DNA of 64,000 nucleotides. Origin: Botryllus schlosseri. Taxonomy: Eukaryota. The DNA lies in assembly GCA_051294905.1 (NCBI GenBank), contig CM119372.1, forward strand, positions 248,001 through 312,000, given 5' to 3'. The notes under the pieces are model-generated. The model saw only the letters and a list, made by a program, of their open reading frames with translations. It did not search any database and was not told the origin of the DNA. The position numbers and the translations under genes are program-made. Positions 62,606 to 64,000 of the stretch are shown piece by piece. Every line of letters begins with the position of its first letter. The stretch's first letter is position 1.

Positions 62606-64000
62606 TGAAATTGATGCTAAAAATTCTATGTTTGAAAGATCACGCGTGAAATATGGGTGAAGTATCTCCACTCACACTACCTGCAATCGGTATTTTGACA
62701 ATATCGCAGTATTCTTGATATGTTGTTTCATCTTTACAACATCTAACTGATGTCCAATTCAAGGTCTGTAAATTTTTCGAATCTGGGATAGCAGTTTTGA
62801 GTAAAAAATCATCAAATCACTCATACTTTTTATGACTGATTTTGCATTTAGGCACATTCAATTGTCTTCAAATTTGGCTATGTACTGAATAAAGCATGCC
62901 TGTACCATTTAAAAGCAACAGATTTCAAATACCTGCTCTACTTTTTCAATAAAATATTTTTCAATTTTCAAAGTTGATTTTCTCCTATTTCTAGTTTTTG
63001 TTAATATGGTGTCACGGGGAAAGCGAATTTTGATATCAGAAGACCTTCAATTCTGATCAAACTTGGCTCAGTACAAGCAGTAGGGCTGTTCTACCTGCTG
63101 AAACTATTGTTTCTTCTATAAGAGTTTTAGTTTACTTACTTTGCTACTTATGATCTGAATTTTATGAAAAAAAATCGAAAATTCGGCACCGTACCAGTAC
63201 CAAACACATATTTCGTAAAATTTTTCGAAAAATCGGAAGTTTCAAGCGTTTCAGCAGGTGCTTAGAGGCCTTAGGACACTTTATGAAGCATTTTTTAGGA
63301 TATCTCGGCATCCATCGAAGAGACAGGCGTTTCCCCGTGCTAACCGTCCGATTCACCAATCTCCCCCCCAATTCGGGCCCAAGGAATTTTTGTAAAATGC
63401 TGAAATTTTTACAGTGTATAAAGTTGAGTATAAATAGTTCACATACCTATTTTTGAGAATCTAGGACTGACTGTTCAGGAAATATCGCAATTTGAAAATT
63501 TTGTGTGTCTAGCAGTACCTTACCCCCTTAAGGTCTGTCAAATATGCTTTAACGGAAGTATCGCTGAATATAATTAGGATACCGGGTGTCCGTGGTTCCG
63601 TTCACACCGCAGTTGCCTATATCAAATATTTCATCACTGTAAGTATGGCCCCCCATACCGTTTGAAACTATCGTTTCTAAATCTTGCAATAACCTATTAT
63701 ACCTAGCAGCCCATTACGAGTCCTAATCTGGAAAAGTGGGCATTGCCTTTTTTAACGTTAGACCTATTTTAGCAGAACACCGTTGAAACTTTCTGGACAA
63801 AAGACATGAAATATATTTTCCGCTATTTAGAAGTATAATTTGTATTTGTCTTTCAATGACGAGTATTATCAGTTGAGTTCTAATCATAGTTTCAGTTTTT
63901 TTGTCTGGAAAACATAGATGTTGAAGTATAAAAGCAAGTGCATGTGGTCATGGTCATGGGTTATATTTTCTGAAAATAAAGCTACACACTATATGGCAAT

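Larger units (their letters stand above)
61137..63527 (+). mobile_element. Kolobok DNA transposon, decayed
   Basis: TTAA|GGGGGTAAGGTACT ... AGTACCTTACCCCC|TTAA. It splits a host repeat that is contiguous in the copy at 15340-15720. Confidence 0.88.

Noticed and set aside
61133..63531. piggyBac element (TTAA TSD)
   Set aside because: The termini are GG...CC rather than CCY...RGG, and the protein remnants resemble Kolobok.

Overview
Eukaryotic (metazoan) genomic DNA, AT-rich and very rich in transposons. An invertebrate such as an ascidian is plausible, but that is inference only. Host genes: tRNA-Thr(CGT); intronless eIF2A; intronless mitochondrial tryptophanyl-tRNA synthetase (WARS2) followed by a frameshifted, truncated tandem duplicate; TM9SF1 (minus strand, 2 coding exons around a 15.8-kb intron); and an 11-exon pyruvate dehydrogenase kinase (minus strand). 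Most of the rest is nested mobile DNA that can be parsed by terminal inverted repeats (TIRs) and target-site duplications (TSDs). It includes Buster/Charlie-type hAT MITEs, a TAGGG-ended hAT nested in a related hAT, P/Galileo-type foldbacks with 7-bp TSDs, GG-ended (Merlin-like) foldbacks carrying telomere-like or E-box arrays, a Kolobok, CR1/L2-group LINE tails and tRNA-derived SINEs. I found no convincing novel multi-gene system. The most notable observations are: (1) the WARS2 duplicate shows signs of past purifying selection yet has three active-site changes; (2) a two-tailed, head-to-head LINE insertion; (3) a 28-bp P-element-like excision footprint; (4) an intronic hairpin extended by inverted copying of its flank; (5) TA-to-TAGGCCTA micro-insertions; (6) short motifs shared across unrelated MITE families. 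All parsing was done by eye, without database searches.
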